A DNA stretch of 64,000 nt, from positions 92,342 to 156,341 of the forward strand of contig OMIX01000098.1 of assembly GCA_900299195.1 (NCBI GenBank), given 5' to 3'. Below the pieces are notes generated by a model. It was given only the letters and a program-made list of their open reading frames with translations, made no database searches and was not told the DNA's origin. A program made the translations under genes and the position numbers. This DNA is from Deltaproteobacteria bacterium (GTDB lineage Bacteria > Bdellovibrionota > FAC87 > UBA2466). Of the stretch, positions 53,813 to 63,030 are shown one piece after another (within the stretch, counting starts at the first letter, position 1; each line of letters starts with the position of its first letter).

Positions 53813-54707
53813 CTTTGAGTAATTTGCTCAGCCATTCCTTGTAAACAGTCCCCTCTTTTTCTTTTTTTAGCTTTTTAACTATTTCAGCTTTGGCTTCATT
53901 AAAAAGCAGCCGTTTAGAGGGTTTCTTTTCAACCACTTTTAATAAATGAACTCCGAATCGGCTGCTGATGGGTTTAGAAATGGTGTTTACCGACAGGCTA
54001 AAGGCTGCGTTGAAGGCCTCAATTTTTTCATTTTTAGCAAAAAATCCAAGGTCCCCACCTTTTGAGGAGTCGGGGCTCATCGATCGAGCTCTCGCTGCTG
54101 ATTCAAAGGAGATCTTTCCAGTTGTAATTTCTTGCCTGATTTTCTCCGCCTCTTCTCTGGTCGGGACTACAATTTGAAAGACGTGAACTTTTTCAGGCTC
54201 GATAAATTCTTTTTCATGTTGTTTGAAGTAGGTTTTTACTTCTTCGTCCGGGACGAGAGTTTCGTTAGTAAAGAGAGAGCCAGTTATTTTTTCTATGAGT
54301 AGTTGATCTTCGATTCTTTGCTTTAGTAAAGCTTCAGTGGTGTTTTGTTTCTTTAACATCTCCTCAAAACCGCCCGGAGGATAGCCGTCTTTCCAGTCGG
54401 CAAGCTTGCTTTCAACTTGCTCACGGCTTACTCGAATTTGATGCTTGGCAGCCTCTTGGCGAACAATGGTTAGAATAATGGTTTCGTTTAATGCCCTCGA
54501 TTTCAATGATTCAATGATTTTGGGGTTTTTCTGGGAAATATCATCTTGCTCAGACTTTAGTTGTTGGTAGCCCACGAGAAAATCACCCAGAAAGATGGGA
54601 TCACCATTAACTTTGGCAAGAAGGGTGGTTTTGTTGTCCTCTAGTTTAGAGGTACAAGCCACCAGGAACAGGCTAGCGAGTAGAGCATTAAGCCAAAATC
54701 GAATCAT
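53766..54707 (-). CDS. Parvulin-type PPIase lipoprotein (PrsA/PpiD-like)
   Basis: Lipobox LFLVAC and a parvulin domain (HVFQIVVP...SKGGDLGFFAKNE...FGVHLLKV). Confidence 0.6.
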   Translation of the reverse strand: MIRFWLNALLASLFLVACTSKLEDNKTTLLAKVNGDPIFLGDFLVGYQQLKSEQDDISQKNPKIIESLKSRALNETIILTIVRQEAAKHQIRVSREQVESKLADWKDGYPPGGFEEMLKKQNTTEALLKQRIEDQLLIEKITGSLFTNETLVPDEEVKTYFKQHEKEFIEPEKVHVFQIVVPTREEAEKIRQEITTGKISFESAARARSMSPDSSKGGDLGFFAKNEKIEAFNAAFSLSVNTISKPISSRFGVHLLKVVEKKPSKRLLFNEAKAEIVKKLKKEKEGTVYKEWLSKLLKDGEIYKNESVYNSIL

Positions 54708-55531
54708 TTATCCTTCCTGGAAACAGAAGAGGTCTCAATGGTGGCCTTTAACTCCAGACTTTTTAAAAGTTCGGTGAGAAGAGTCTTTTCTTTTGATTCT
54801 TCAAAGCGGCTCTGTAGATATTGCAAATAAGAAGCTGGAGCGGTTGTGAAAGGTTTTTTCTCAAACCACTCAAAGTAGTGGACCGTTGAACCTATTTCGA
54901 TAGGATCAGAGACGGTGTTTTTTGGAAGTCCTCTGATTTTTAAGTAAAACTCTTCGGGAAAATTATGGGGACCCCGAAAATCATTATCTCCTCCGAAAAG
55001 AGCCGAAGCATCTTGAGAATAACGAGTACAAAGTTGTTCAAAGGGAGTTCCGTTTTTAAGCTCTTTGCCTATTTGAGACATCGTTAAGTCAGCAACCTGT
55101 CTTTCAGCCTCGGTTCTTCGATTTAAGACGAGGTGATGAATTCTAATTAAAGGAAACTTCTCATAAAACTGATGAAGTTCTTTTTCAGTGGGAGTGAACT
55201 GTTTTTTCTGGTTCTTGCGTTCGTGTTCGATGAATTTTTTGTAGAGCAACTTATTTAATTCCGTTTGTATATCGGGAGATCTCTCAAGCCCTAATTTTTT
55301 GGCTTCTTGAATGATTAATCGATATTGAATCGCTCTTTGGATTTTTTCATCTCGAGTGAGAGGGGTAGACTCAGGGGCCAGATCCTCTTCATAAATGACC
55401 TCGCCATTCACTTTGGCGACAATCGAGGATGAATTAGGGTTGTTTGAAGCCCAGGATAGCGCACAAACCGAGAATAATATTAGAGGTTTAAGCATGCCCC
55501 CCATGCTAACGGAAACAGGTCTTACGCGCAA
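54704..55531 (-). CDS. Third parvulin-like PPIase or chaperone (degenerate)
   Basis: Signal peptide plus a SurA-like N-terminus (IVAKVNGEVIYEEDL) and a parvulin-like segment (IHHLVLN...ALFGGDNDF). Confidence 0.45.
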   Translation of the reverse strand: MRVRPVSVSMGGMLKPLILFSVCALSWASNNPNSSSIVAKVNGEVIYEEDLAPESTPLTRDEKIQRAIQYRLIIQEAKKLGLERSPDIQTELNKLLYKKFIEHERKNQKKQFTPTEKELHQFYEKFPLIRIHHLVLNRRTEAERQVADLTMSQIGKELKNGTPFEQLCTRYSQDASALFGGDNDFRGPHNFPEEFYLKIRGLPKNTVSDPIEIGSTVHYFEWFEKKPFTTAPASYLQYLQSRFEESKEKTLLTELLKSLELKATIETSSVSRKDK

Positions 55532-55561
55532 TCCCTGATAGCTGCTAAGGTGAACTTAGGT

Positions 55562-56131
55562 TTAGGACTTTTTCTGACTTTTTGAGCTAAATTCTAGCAA
55601 ATCCTTTAATAGAGTCTCAGGTTTCCACTCATTATCTTTATAATCCTTTAAGGGAATTAAATCGGGACTTACTAAAACACTTCGGGAATTGTGGGAAATT
55701 AAACCATTCGTTGGAAAACCAATGGCATTAAATTCAGCTGAAAAGTCTGCCACAACCTGTTCTTCTCCTGTAGCCAAAACAAAGGCTTGATTGGATACCC
55801 CAAATTTTTTTCCATAACTTTTCATGACTTGAGGGGTGTCGTTGGCGGGGTCTAAAGTGACAATGAGAAACTTTAAAGGGATGGAGGAAAAATTCTTTTG
55901 CCATTGAGAGTAAACTTGTTTGTTCAGCGTCATGGTCAGCGGACACATTTCAGCCATGGGACACCTGGTATAAACAAAAGAGACCAAAACAAAGGATCCT
56001 TTAAGATCATGAAGTTGCAAAGCTTTTCCGTTTTGGTCTTTTAAAGTATAGTTTTTAAGTGCTGCCGACGGGAACGCGTTCGCTGTAAAGAGAGAAAACA
56101 AGACTAAAAAAAGAAGTTTTTTGGTTTTCAT
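55562..56131 (-). CDS. SCO1/SenC-family thioredoxin-like protein
   Basis: Signal peptide (start MKTKKLL at 56131), YTRCPMAEMCP and the DPANDTP motif typical of SCO1/SenC. Confidence 0.5.
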   Translation of the reverse strand: MKTKKLLFLVLFSLFTANAFPSAALKNYTLKDQNGKALQLHDLKGSFVLVSFVYTRCPMAEMCPLTMTLNKQVYSQWQKNFSSIPLKFLIVTLDPANDTPQVMKSYGKKFGVSNQAFVLATGEEQVVADFSAEFNAIGFPTNGLISHNSRSVLVSPDLIPLKDYKDNEWKPETLLKDLLEFSSKSQKKS

Positions 56132-56275
56132 AAAAGGCCCCTTTTGTTTCACGCAGAGCACTATATTCCAACCTTAGTAGGGTCTCAACTTTATAAATTA
56201 GAAATTTAGTGTCATACTTAAAAGACGTTTCCAAAAAACCGACACCAACTTTTTTAATAGGACACAAAGCTGAAG

Positions 56276-57544
56276 ATGAAGATTCTCCTATTGAACCAAA
56301 CCTTTTATCCAGATGCCGTAGCCACTGCTCAACAACTGACCGATCTTTCTACGTATTTGGTGAGCCAGGGGCATGAAGTGAGCGTGATTACCGGGCAGAG
56401 GGGATATGAAAACCGGGATAAGAAATTTCAACCCTTTGAGCAGTTTAAAGGCATAAAAATATTTCGAGTTCGATCGACCGGTTTTGGAAAACAAAGATTT
56501 GTGTTGAGAATTTTTGATGCGCTTACTTTTGACTTTATGTTGGCCTTGAAGCTTCTGTTTTTTCCCGGTCAGGATATTGTGATTAGTTTCACTTCACCAC
56601 CACTGATTGGTTTGTTTGGGGTCCTTTTTTGTTTGTTTAAGGGCGGTAAAGCTGTTCAATGGTTAATGGATATCAATCCTGAGGCAGCCTTTTCGATTGG
56701 GTATATCAAAAGAAAATCTCCTCTTGGGCATTTGCTCAATTGGGCTTTCGATTTGACTCTTAAGTTGAGTGCCCATGTGGTTGTTTTGGATCGGTGGATG
56801 AAAAAAGTAGCAATGGAACATGGAGCTCAAGAGGAAAATACATCGATTATTCATCCTTGGTCTTTATTCGATCCGTCGCCAAGACTCATGGATTTTTCGG
56901 AATCTATTTTCAGGAAAGCGAATAACTTTGGAAACAAAACGTTGATCCTGTACTCGGGTAACCACAGTGTAGTTCATCCTCTCTACACTTTGCTAGATGC
57001 CGCCAAGAAATTGAAAGACGATCCTTCTATCGTTTTTGTTTTTGTGGGGGGAGGTTTAAGATCTTTGGAGGTGAGAGCATTCAAAGAAAAAGAACAACTA
57101 GAAAACATTGTTCAATTGCCTACGGTTCCGAGAGAGCTTTTGTCAGACGCTTTAACCAGCGTCAATGCTAACGTTGTGGTCATGGGTGAAGCGGTGAATG
57201 GCTTAGTTCATGTATCAAAAGTTTACGGAGCCTTGGCCACAGGGAGACCCATTATTTTTATTGGCCCAGAGAAAAGCCATGTAACCGATCTTTTACAGCG
57301 ATGCTCTCAGGCTTATCATATGGAGCATCAAGATGTTGATGCCGTTATTTCGGCAATCTATCAAATCAAGAATCTTACTGCGGAAGATCGAGAGAGGTCC
57401 GCCAGAGAAAATAAACGATTTTATCAATCCCAGTTTTCATCCCAAAAATGTTTTGCCATTTTTTCAGAGCAAGTTTTAAAGGTTCCGCCAACAAAAGAGT
57501 TTATCGATTCTGCTGAACTGCCTGAGCAGTATGTTCAATCGTGA
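56276..57544 (+). CDS. Glycosyltransferase (GT-B, family 4-like)
   Basis: N-terminal MKILLLNQTFYPDAVATAQQLTDLSTYLVSQGHEVSVIT, typical of GT4/GT1. 422 aa. Confidence 0.6.
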   Translation: MKILLLNQTFYPDAVATAQQLTDLSTYLVSQGHEVSVITGQRGYENRDKKFQPFEQFKGIKIFRVRSTGFGKQRFVLRIFDALTFDFMLALKLLFFPGQDIVISFTSPPLIGLFGVLFCLFKGGKAVQWLMDINPEAAFSIGYIKRKSPLGHLLNWAFDLTLKLSAHVVVLDRWMKKVAMEHGAQEENTSIIHPWSLFDPSPRLMDFSESIFRKANNFGNKTLILYSGNHSVVHPLYTLLDAAKKLKDDPSIVFVFVGGGLRSLEVRAFKEKEQLENIVQLPTVPRELLSDALTSVNANVVVMGEAVNGLVHVSKVYGALATGRPIIFIGPEKSHVTDLLQRCSQAYHMEHQDVDAVISAIYQIKNLTAEDRERSARENKRFYQSQFSSQKCFAIFSEQVLKVPPTKEFIDSAELPEQYVQS

Positions 57545-57548
57545 CTAA

Positions 57549-57953
57549 TTATTTGCCTTCTCGGGCCAGGTTTCGATTCCATGAAGGGATTTCAACTACG
57601 AGATCCTCCTCTCCGCTGGGTACGCATTGACAAGCAAGTCTAGAATTGGGTCTGACATCAGGAGCCAGATCCAACATATCGTTCTCATTTTCTGTAGCCG
57701 ACGAACAACTTTTTGATCCTGATTTGATGTAAATGTGACAAGTCGAGCAGGCGCAAACCCCTCCACAGGCATGATCAATATCAATGCCGGCAGTCATTGC
57801 AATATCTAAGATGCTTCCGGGTAAACCCGTTCCAAAGACAGGATAATCCGGGGTCACTTCAATAGACTTATCCAGTCCCGAAAAAGTAATTTTAAAAGGC
57901 TTTTTGGGCTTTTTAATTTCGGGCGATTTAATGTAGGGGTTGGTTCCACCCAT
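57549..57953 (-). CDS. [2Fe-2S] ferredoxin (adrenodoxin/ISC type)
   Basis: CGGVCACSTCH ... C..C cysteine pattern. Confidence 0.75.
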   Translation of the reverse strand: MGGTNPYIKSPEIKKPKKPFKITFSGLDKSIEVTPDYPVFGTGLPGSILDIAMTAGIDIDHACGGVCACSTCHIYIKSGSKSCSSATENENDMLDLAPDVRPNSRLACQCVPSGEEDLVVEIPSWNRNLAREGK

Positions 57954-58123
57954 AAGGTTTCCTTACGCTTAAATAATTTGTGACCATAGCAAGAGAGGTG
58001 AAGCAGCGCAACAACGAATAAAAATCTCTCTATCGACAACAGCTTAAATTCGTAATATTCTATAAGAGTCTTCCTAATAGTATTATTCAATCATCCAAAT
58101 TATAGAGCCTTTTTGGGGGAAAC

Positions 58124-58936
58124 ATGAAAAACCTTCTCTTCATTGTCAGCGTTTTTGGTTTAGCTACTTCAATTGCCGTAGCAAAAAATTCTTCGAACCT
58201 TAATCGAGGAGGCTTTGGTTTTTTGTTTCCCGATGCCAATTCTTTTATTAACGGTGGGCAGATGGCCCAGACTCAAGGAACAGCCGTTGAAGGTTATTAC
58301 GAGCGTAATGATGGGTCAGATGTTCAAACGGCCACCCCCTCGGTAGTATGGGGTTCGGGAAGAGTTGGTTTGGGAGCTTTTGTTTCCAGAACAGGAACAG
58401 AACTCACGGGCAATAATGGTGGTAACTCAGATTCTGTAGGTGCTGGATTAGGAGTAAGTTTAGCCTCTGGTAAGGTAACTGTGGGCGGCACAATCCAAAG
58501 AAGTATTGATACTGCGCAAACCGATGATGGAACAGTGACCGCTGCTCTAAATTACAATGGAGCAAAGGGTCAGGGATTTCATATGGGGGGGGGATTTAGC
58601 ACGACGTTAAACAGTGTTTCTGGAACCGATTTGAGAACTGCTATTTTGGCTTTGGGATGGGGATTTGGCGGCATGGCCTCTTTTGAACTGAATTATAAAT
58701 TAAAAGATTTAGACCAAACCAGTAACAACTATGTGGCTGGCGGGTATTTAAACTTTGGGGGAAATAATTACTATCTTTCCTCAGGGTATAGCTACGACAA
58801 GCCGTCAAATTTGAGTACTGTAGCAGGTCGTTTGGGTTATATTGCTGGCAGCATCGACCTCTCCGTTCATGCTGAACACATCATGGCAGATGGGCAAAAC
58901 CCATCATACGGAGCGACACTCCGAACAACATTCTAA
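58124..58936 (+). CDS. Gly-rich outer membrane beta-barrel protein
   Basis: Signal peptide, alternating hydrophobic pattern and a C-terminal aromatic residue (RTTF). Confidence 0.5.
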   Translation: MKNLLFIVSVFGLATSIAVAKNSSNLNRGGFGFLFPDANSFINGGQMAQTQGTAVEGYYERNDGSDVQTATPSVVWGSGRVGLGAFVSRTGTELTGNNGGNSDSVGAGLGVSLASGKVTVGGTIQRSIDTAQTDDGTVTAALNYNGAKGQGFHMGGGFSTTLNSVSGTDLRTAILALGWGFGGMASFELNYKLKDLDQTSNNYVAGGYLNFGGNNYYLSSGYSYDKPSNLSTVAGRLGYIAGSIDLSVHAEHIMADGQNPSYGATLRTTF

Positions 58937-59017
58937 AAGAATCATTTACTTCAATTATTTCTTAGTAGTTAGAAACCGCGGACTTGTTCAGAGTGCTTTA
59001 CCGCACAGGGCGACCTT

Positions 59018-60463
59018 ATGAGCATTCGAACAAAAGTTATCGGCTGCTTTTTTGCAGTTCTGGTTCTGTTTGGCGCGGTATCGTCCTATACTTACCTAAA
59101 ATCACTACATATCAATCAGCGCCTCTCCATGGTGAGCGATGTGTTTTTGCCCCTATCAAGGCAAATGATTCAGATTCAGGTGGGCTCTCAAAATCTAGCC
59201 GGAGAAATCAATCAATATTACTCGAACGAGGAAGTGTCAGCAGATCGAAGCACATTTTCTAGAATGGCTAGAGAACTGTATCCCTACGCAATTCAGAAAA
59301 AATTTACTCAAGCCGAGCAATTATTGATAAAGGCATCGTCGGATGAGCCCGATCCTATCCCACAGTTTAAAAAGATGCTTTCTGTGTTGAAACATCAATT
59401 CGAAGATTTGACGAATAGCAGAGATCAGGCACAGTTTGATAGAGAGCTTATCTCCTTTCAAGTGGGGCTCCAAACGCTAACTAAGAGAATCGAAGACGAA
59501 ACTGATAAAATCACAGCGGAAGCCAGAGCTAAGGGCCAGCAAAATTTATTGACCAATGTGGGGCTGTCTCTTCTTTTGGTTTTGATGGTTATTTTTTGTA
59601 TGGGGCTTGCTTATCAAGTTCTAAATCCGCTGCCCCAACTAATTCAAAGCCTAAAAAAACTGACGGGTGGGGATTTTGATCAAAATATCAAAGTTAAAAA
59701 GTCGGACCAGGATGAAATCGGGCAATTGGCCAGAGAGTTTAATAGGATGTTGAGCGCTCTGAAAGATCGAGACCAAAAAATTAAATCTCAGCAAAAAGAG
59801 TTGCTGCAATCCGAAAAACTTGCGGCTATCGGACAGCTATCTGCAGAAGTTGTGCACGAAATAAGAAACCCACTGAACTCAATCAGTCTGAACATTGACT
59901 GGTTACAATCAGAAATTACTGATTCAAACCCGGAGATCAGAAAAACTTTGCAGAGCATTTCTCGAGAAGTTGAGCGATTAGCACAAATTACAGAGAGCTA
60001 CCTAGTTCGCGCTAGGGTTAGACCTAATGAAAACCAATCCACTGAGATTAATAGTTTGTTGGAAGAGATTGTTCACTTTGAGCGGGGCGAGGTAAGCGGA
60101 ATAGAAATCGAAACAGAACTAGCTGAAAAACAATTGTTCATAAAAACAGATCGCTCAAAAATCAAACAGGCTTTTATTAATGTTTTAAAAAATGCCAAAG
60201 AGGCTATGCCAGGCGGCGGAAAAATTAGAATAAAAACATCTTTTGATCAGGGTTTGGCTCAGATCATGTTTTCGGATTCAGGTCCCGGAATGAGCGATGA
60301 GGTTAAGTCAAAAAGCTTCCTTCCATTTTTTACAACTAAAACGACAGGGACCGGGCTAGGTTTGTCTCTTACTAAAGAAATAGTTGAAGCTGCTAAAGGC
60401 AAAATTCTGGTTGCGAGCCAAGCGGGTCAAGGGACTACTTTTACTTTTCTGTTTCCTACTTAA
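59018..60463 (+). CDS. Sensor histidine kinase (two TM helices, HAMP, HisKA, HATPase)
   Basis: H-box AEVVHEIRNPLNSI; N, G1 and G2 boxes (KNAKEAM, DSGPGM, GTGLGL). Confidence 0.85.
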   Translation: MSIRTKVIGCFFAVLVLFGAVSSYTYLKSLHINQRLSMVSDVFLPLSRQMIQIQVGSQNLAGEINQYYSNEEVSADRSTFSRMARELYPYAIQKKFTQAEQLLIKASSDEPDPIPQFKKMLSVLKHQFEDLTNSRDQAQFDRELISFQVGLQTLTKRIEDETDKITAEARAKGQQNLLTNVGLSLLLVLMVIFCMGLAYQVLNPLPQLIQSLKKLTGGDFDQNIKVKKSDQDEIGQLAREFNRMLSALKDRDQKIKSQQKELLQSEKLAAIGQLSAEVVHEIRNPLNSISLNIDWLQSEITDSNPEIRKTLQSISREVERLAQITESYLVRARVRPNENQSTEINSLLEEIVHFERGEVSGIEIETELAEKQLFIKTDRSKIKQAFINVLKNAKEAMPGGGKIRIKTSFDQGLAQIMFSDSGPGMSDEVKSKSFLPFFTTKTTGTGLGLSLTKEIVEAAKGKILVASQAGQGTTFTFLFPT

Positions 60464-60475
60464 AAAGGTTTTCAT

Positions 60476-61906
60476 ATGAATTCAAAATATCGAGTTGTTG
60501 TAGTTGACGATGAACCAGCAAATTTAGATTCGTTACAACGAATTTTAAAATCTGATGGAGCTGAGGTTTTTGTCTTTTTAACCCCTCAGGAAGCGCTGGA
60601 TCATATTAGGAAGGGCTTTGTAGATATTCTCTTAACCGATCTTAGACTCCAATCTTGGAGTGGTATGGATTTGTTGGAGGCGGTTAAGATATTAGATCCT
60701 TCGGTTGAGATTGTTATGATGACGGCGTTTGGGACTGTGGAAATAGCGGTGGAGGCCATGAAGAAAGGGGCCTACGATTTTATTACCAAACCGCTTCAGA
60801 AGATTCAGGTTCTTAAAGCGATTCATCGAGCTCTGGACAGAAGAAGGCTAGTTCTTGAGAACTCAAGGCTTCGCGAGGTTGTGTTTGAAGGTCAGCCAAA
60901 CCATCAACGGGCCATACTAGGGGGCTCTCAATCTATTAAGAGCGTGATGGAGATTGCTAAACAAGCCGCTAGAAGTCGGGCTAATGTTCTTATCGAAGGG
61001 GAGAGTGGAACGGGTAAAGGATTGTTAGCCCAATATATCCACGATCAAAGTGATTGTGCTCTTTTGAAACAAGGAGTGCTGGTTAAAATCAACTGTACCG
61101 CGATTCCAGATAATTTATTGGAAGCAGAGTTGTTTGGTTATGAGCCTGGGGCTTTTACCGGGGCTGCTAAGAGAAAACAGGGAAGGGTCGAACTAGCCCA
61201 TCAGGGAACGTTATTTTTGGATGAAGTTGGAATTGCACCATCGACCTTACAAAGTAAGCTTCTCAGATTTTTGCAAGAGGGCGAATTCGAGCGCTTGGGG
61301 AGTAATGAAACCCTAAAAATAGAGACTCGAGTGATTAGTGCCACCAATGTTGACCTCAAATCGGCTATTTTAAGCGGGAAGTTTCGAGAGGATTTATTTT
61401 ATAGGTTGAATGTACTTCATATCAGGGTTCCATCCTTGCGCGAGCGTTTAGACGATATTCCTATTTTGGCAACTCAGTTTCTATCTGACTCTGCTAAAAA
61501 GAATGGCCGAGAAGTTCCTTTGATACATCCGAAAGCCTTAGATCTTTTAGCCAACTACAAGTGGCCTGGAAATATCAGGGAGCTCCAAAACTTAATGGAA
61601 AGGCTTGTGGTCTTAAATACCACAGGCGAGATTCGAGCTGAAGACCTACCACAGGAATTTGGAGGGATGAAGTCAGAGCGATTGATTCAAATCCCCCTGG
61701 GTCTCCCTCTCAAGCAAGTAGAAAAACTCCTTTTTGATGAAACCTTGAAATCAACCGATGGGGATAAGCGAGTTGCTGCAAGACTTTTAGGAGTACACCC
61801 AAGGACGATCTACCGATATCTTGAACAAAAAACAGAGCCCGCTGTTGGGGTTGAAAAACCCATTTCCTTTTGTGAATCAAAGGCCCCAGAAATTGAATCC
61901 CATTAA
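60476..61906 (+). CDS. Sigma-54-dependent response regulator (NtrC family)
   Basis: Receiver domain (VVVVDDEP...D), AAA+ GESGTGKGLLA, the GAFTGA sigma-54 contact motif and a C-terminal Fis-type HTH. Confidence 0.9.
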   Translation: MNSKYRVVVVDDEPANLDSLQRILKSDGAEVFVFLTPQEALDHIRKGFVDILLTDLRLQSWSGMDLLEAVKILDPSVEIVMMTAFGTVEIAVEAMKKGAYDFITKPLQKIQVLKAIHRALDRRRLVLENSRLREVVFEGQPNHQRAILGGSQSIKSVMEIAKQAARSRANVLIEGESGTGKGLLAQYIHDQSDCALLKQGVLVKINCTAIPDNLLEAELFGYEPGAFTGAAKRKQGRVELAHQGTLFLDEVGIAPSTLQSKLLRFLQEGEFERLGSNETLKIETRVISATNVDLKSAILSGKFREDLFYRLNVLHIRVPSLRERLDDIPILATQFLSDSAKKNGREVPLIHPKALDLLANYKWPGNIRELQNLMERLVVLNTTGEIRAEDLPQEFGGMKSERLIQIPLGLPLKQVEKLLFDETLKSTDGDKRVAARLLGVHPRTIYRYLEQKTEPAVGVEKPISFCESKAPEIESH

Positions 61907-61948
61907 ATATGAGTTCATTTTGGTCTCTTGCTAGGGTAAACACTGACT

Positions 61949-63007
61949 ATGGAGACCATTCTAATTGTTTCAGTTGTTTCAGGTTTGACCCTAATAGGAT
62001 CCGGTATCTGGTTTTGGAAAAAAAGAAAGCCTAAAACCCCCACTGCGACCATAGCCACCCGTGCACCAGAGATAAAAGAGTTAAATCTTCGAGCGGATAG
62101 CAAGGCTGTTTTAGGAGACAAGTTAAGGAAAACCAGAGGATCGTTATTTGATCGAGTCTCCCAACTTTTGAATGGTAGCGGAGATGCCCAACTAAGCACT
62201 GAAAACTGGGAGCTTCTTGAAGAAATTTTGCTACAGGCCGATGTGGGATATGCGACCTCTCAACATCTACTCAATGATGCAAAACAAAAGTTGCTCGAAA
62301 GAAAGAGCGGGGAATTAAAGAGTGTTTTACAAGAGGTGACGGGGTCGCTTTTTAATTCATTAAACTGTGGGAAATTGGAGTTGAGTAATTCCCCCAAGCC
62401 CCTTGTAATTAGTGTCGTTGGAATTAATGGGGCAGGGAAAACAACAACGATTGGTAAGTTGGCGCAGCAGTTAAAGAACGATGGTAAAGAGGTGTTGTTA
62501 GGCGCTGTGGATACTTTCAGGGCCGGAGCCATCTCCCAGCTTAAAGTTTGGGCTGATAGAACGGGAGCTCAATTTGTGACTGGTAGAGAAGGGGCCGATC
62601 CAGGAGCTGTTGCCTTTGATTCGGTGACGGCTGGAAAAGCCAGAGGGGTTGATGTTGTTTTATTGGATACTGCCGGAAGGCTTCACACAAAATCTAATCT
62701 GATGGAAGAGCTTAAAAAAGTTCATCGAGTGATTAAAAAAGTGATTCCAGAGGCGCCCCACGAAACATGGTTGGTAGTTGATGGAACTCTTGGTCAGAAT
62801 TCAGTGATTCAAGCTAAAGAGTTTAAAAATGCTCTTGATTTGACAGGTGTTATTATCACGAAACTTGATGGTACAGCTAAGGGTGGGGCTGTTTTTTCAA
62901 TTGCATCGGAGCTCAAGCTACCTATCAGGTACATAGGGGTGGGGGAGTCGATTGAAGATTTGACTCCATTCGAGCCTAAAGCCTTTGTTGATGCTATATT
63001 AAGTTAA
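61949..63007 (+). CDS. ftsY: Signal recognition particle receptor FtsY
   Basis: N-terminal TM anchor and the SRP GTPase motifs GINGAGKTTTIGKLA and DTAGR. Confidence 0.9.
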   Translation: METILIVSVVSGLTLIGSGIWFWKKRKPKTPTATIATRAPEIKELNLRADSKAVLGDKLRKTRGSLFDRVSQLLNGSGDAQLSTENWELLEEILLQADVGYATSQHLLNDAKQKLLERKSGELKSVLQEVTGSLFNSLNCGKLELSNSPKPLVISVVGINGAGKTTTIGKLAQQLKNDGKEVLLGAVDTFRAGAISQLKVWADRTGAQFVTGREGADPGAVAFDSVTAGKARGVDVVLLDTAGRLHTKSNLMEELKKVHRVIKKVIPEAPHETWLVVDGTLGQNSVIQAKEFKNALDLTGVIITKLDGTAKGGAVFSIASELKLPIRYIGVGESIEDLTPFEPKAFVDAILS

Positions 63008-63030
63008 ATTCCATTTTTTTGGAGCATCTA

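Noticed and set aside
57954-59017. A search for sigma-54 (-24 GG / -12 GC) promoters next to the NtrC-family regulator locus, and at several other spacers.
   Set aside because: No TGGCAC-N5-TTGC match was found by eye in these spacers, so no sigma-54 promoter is reported.
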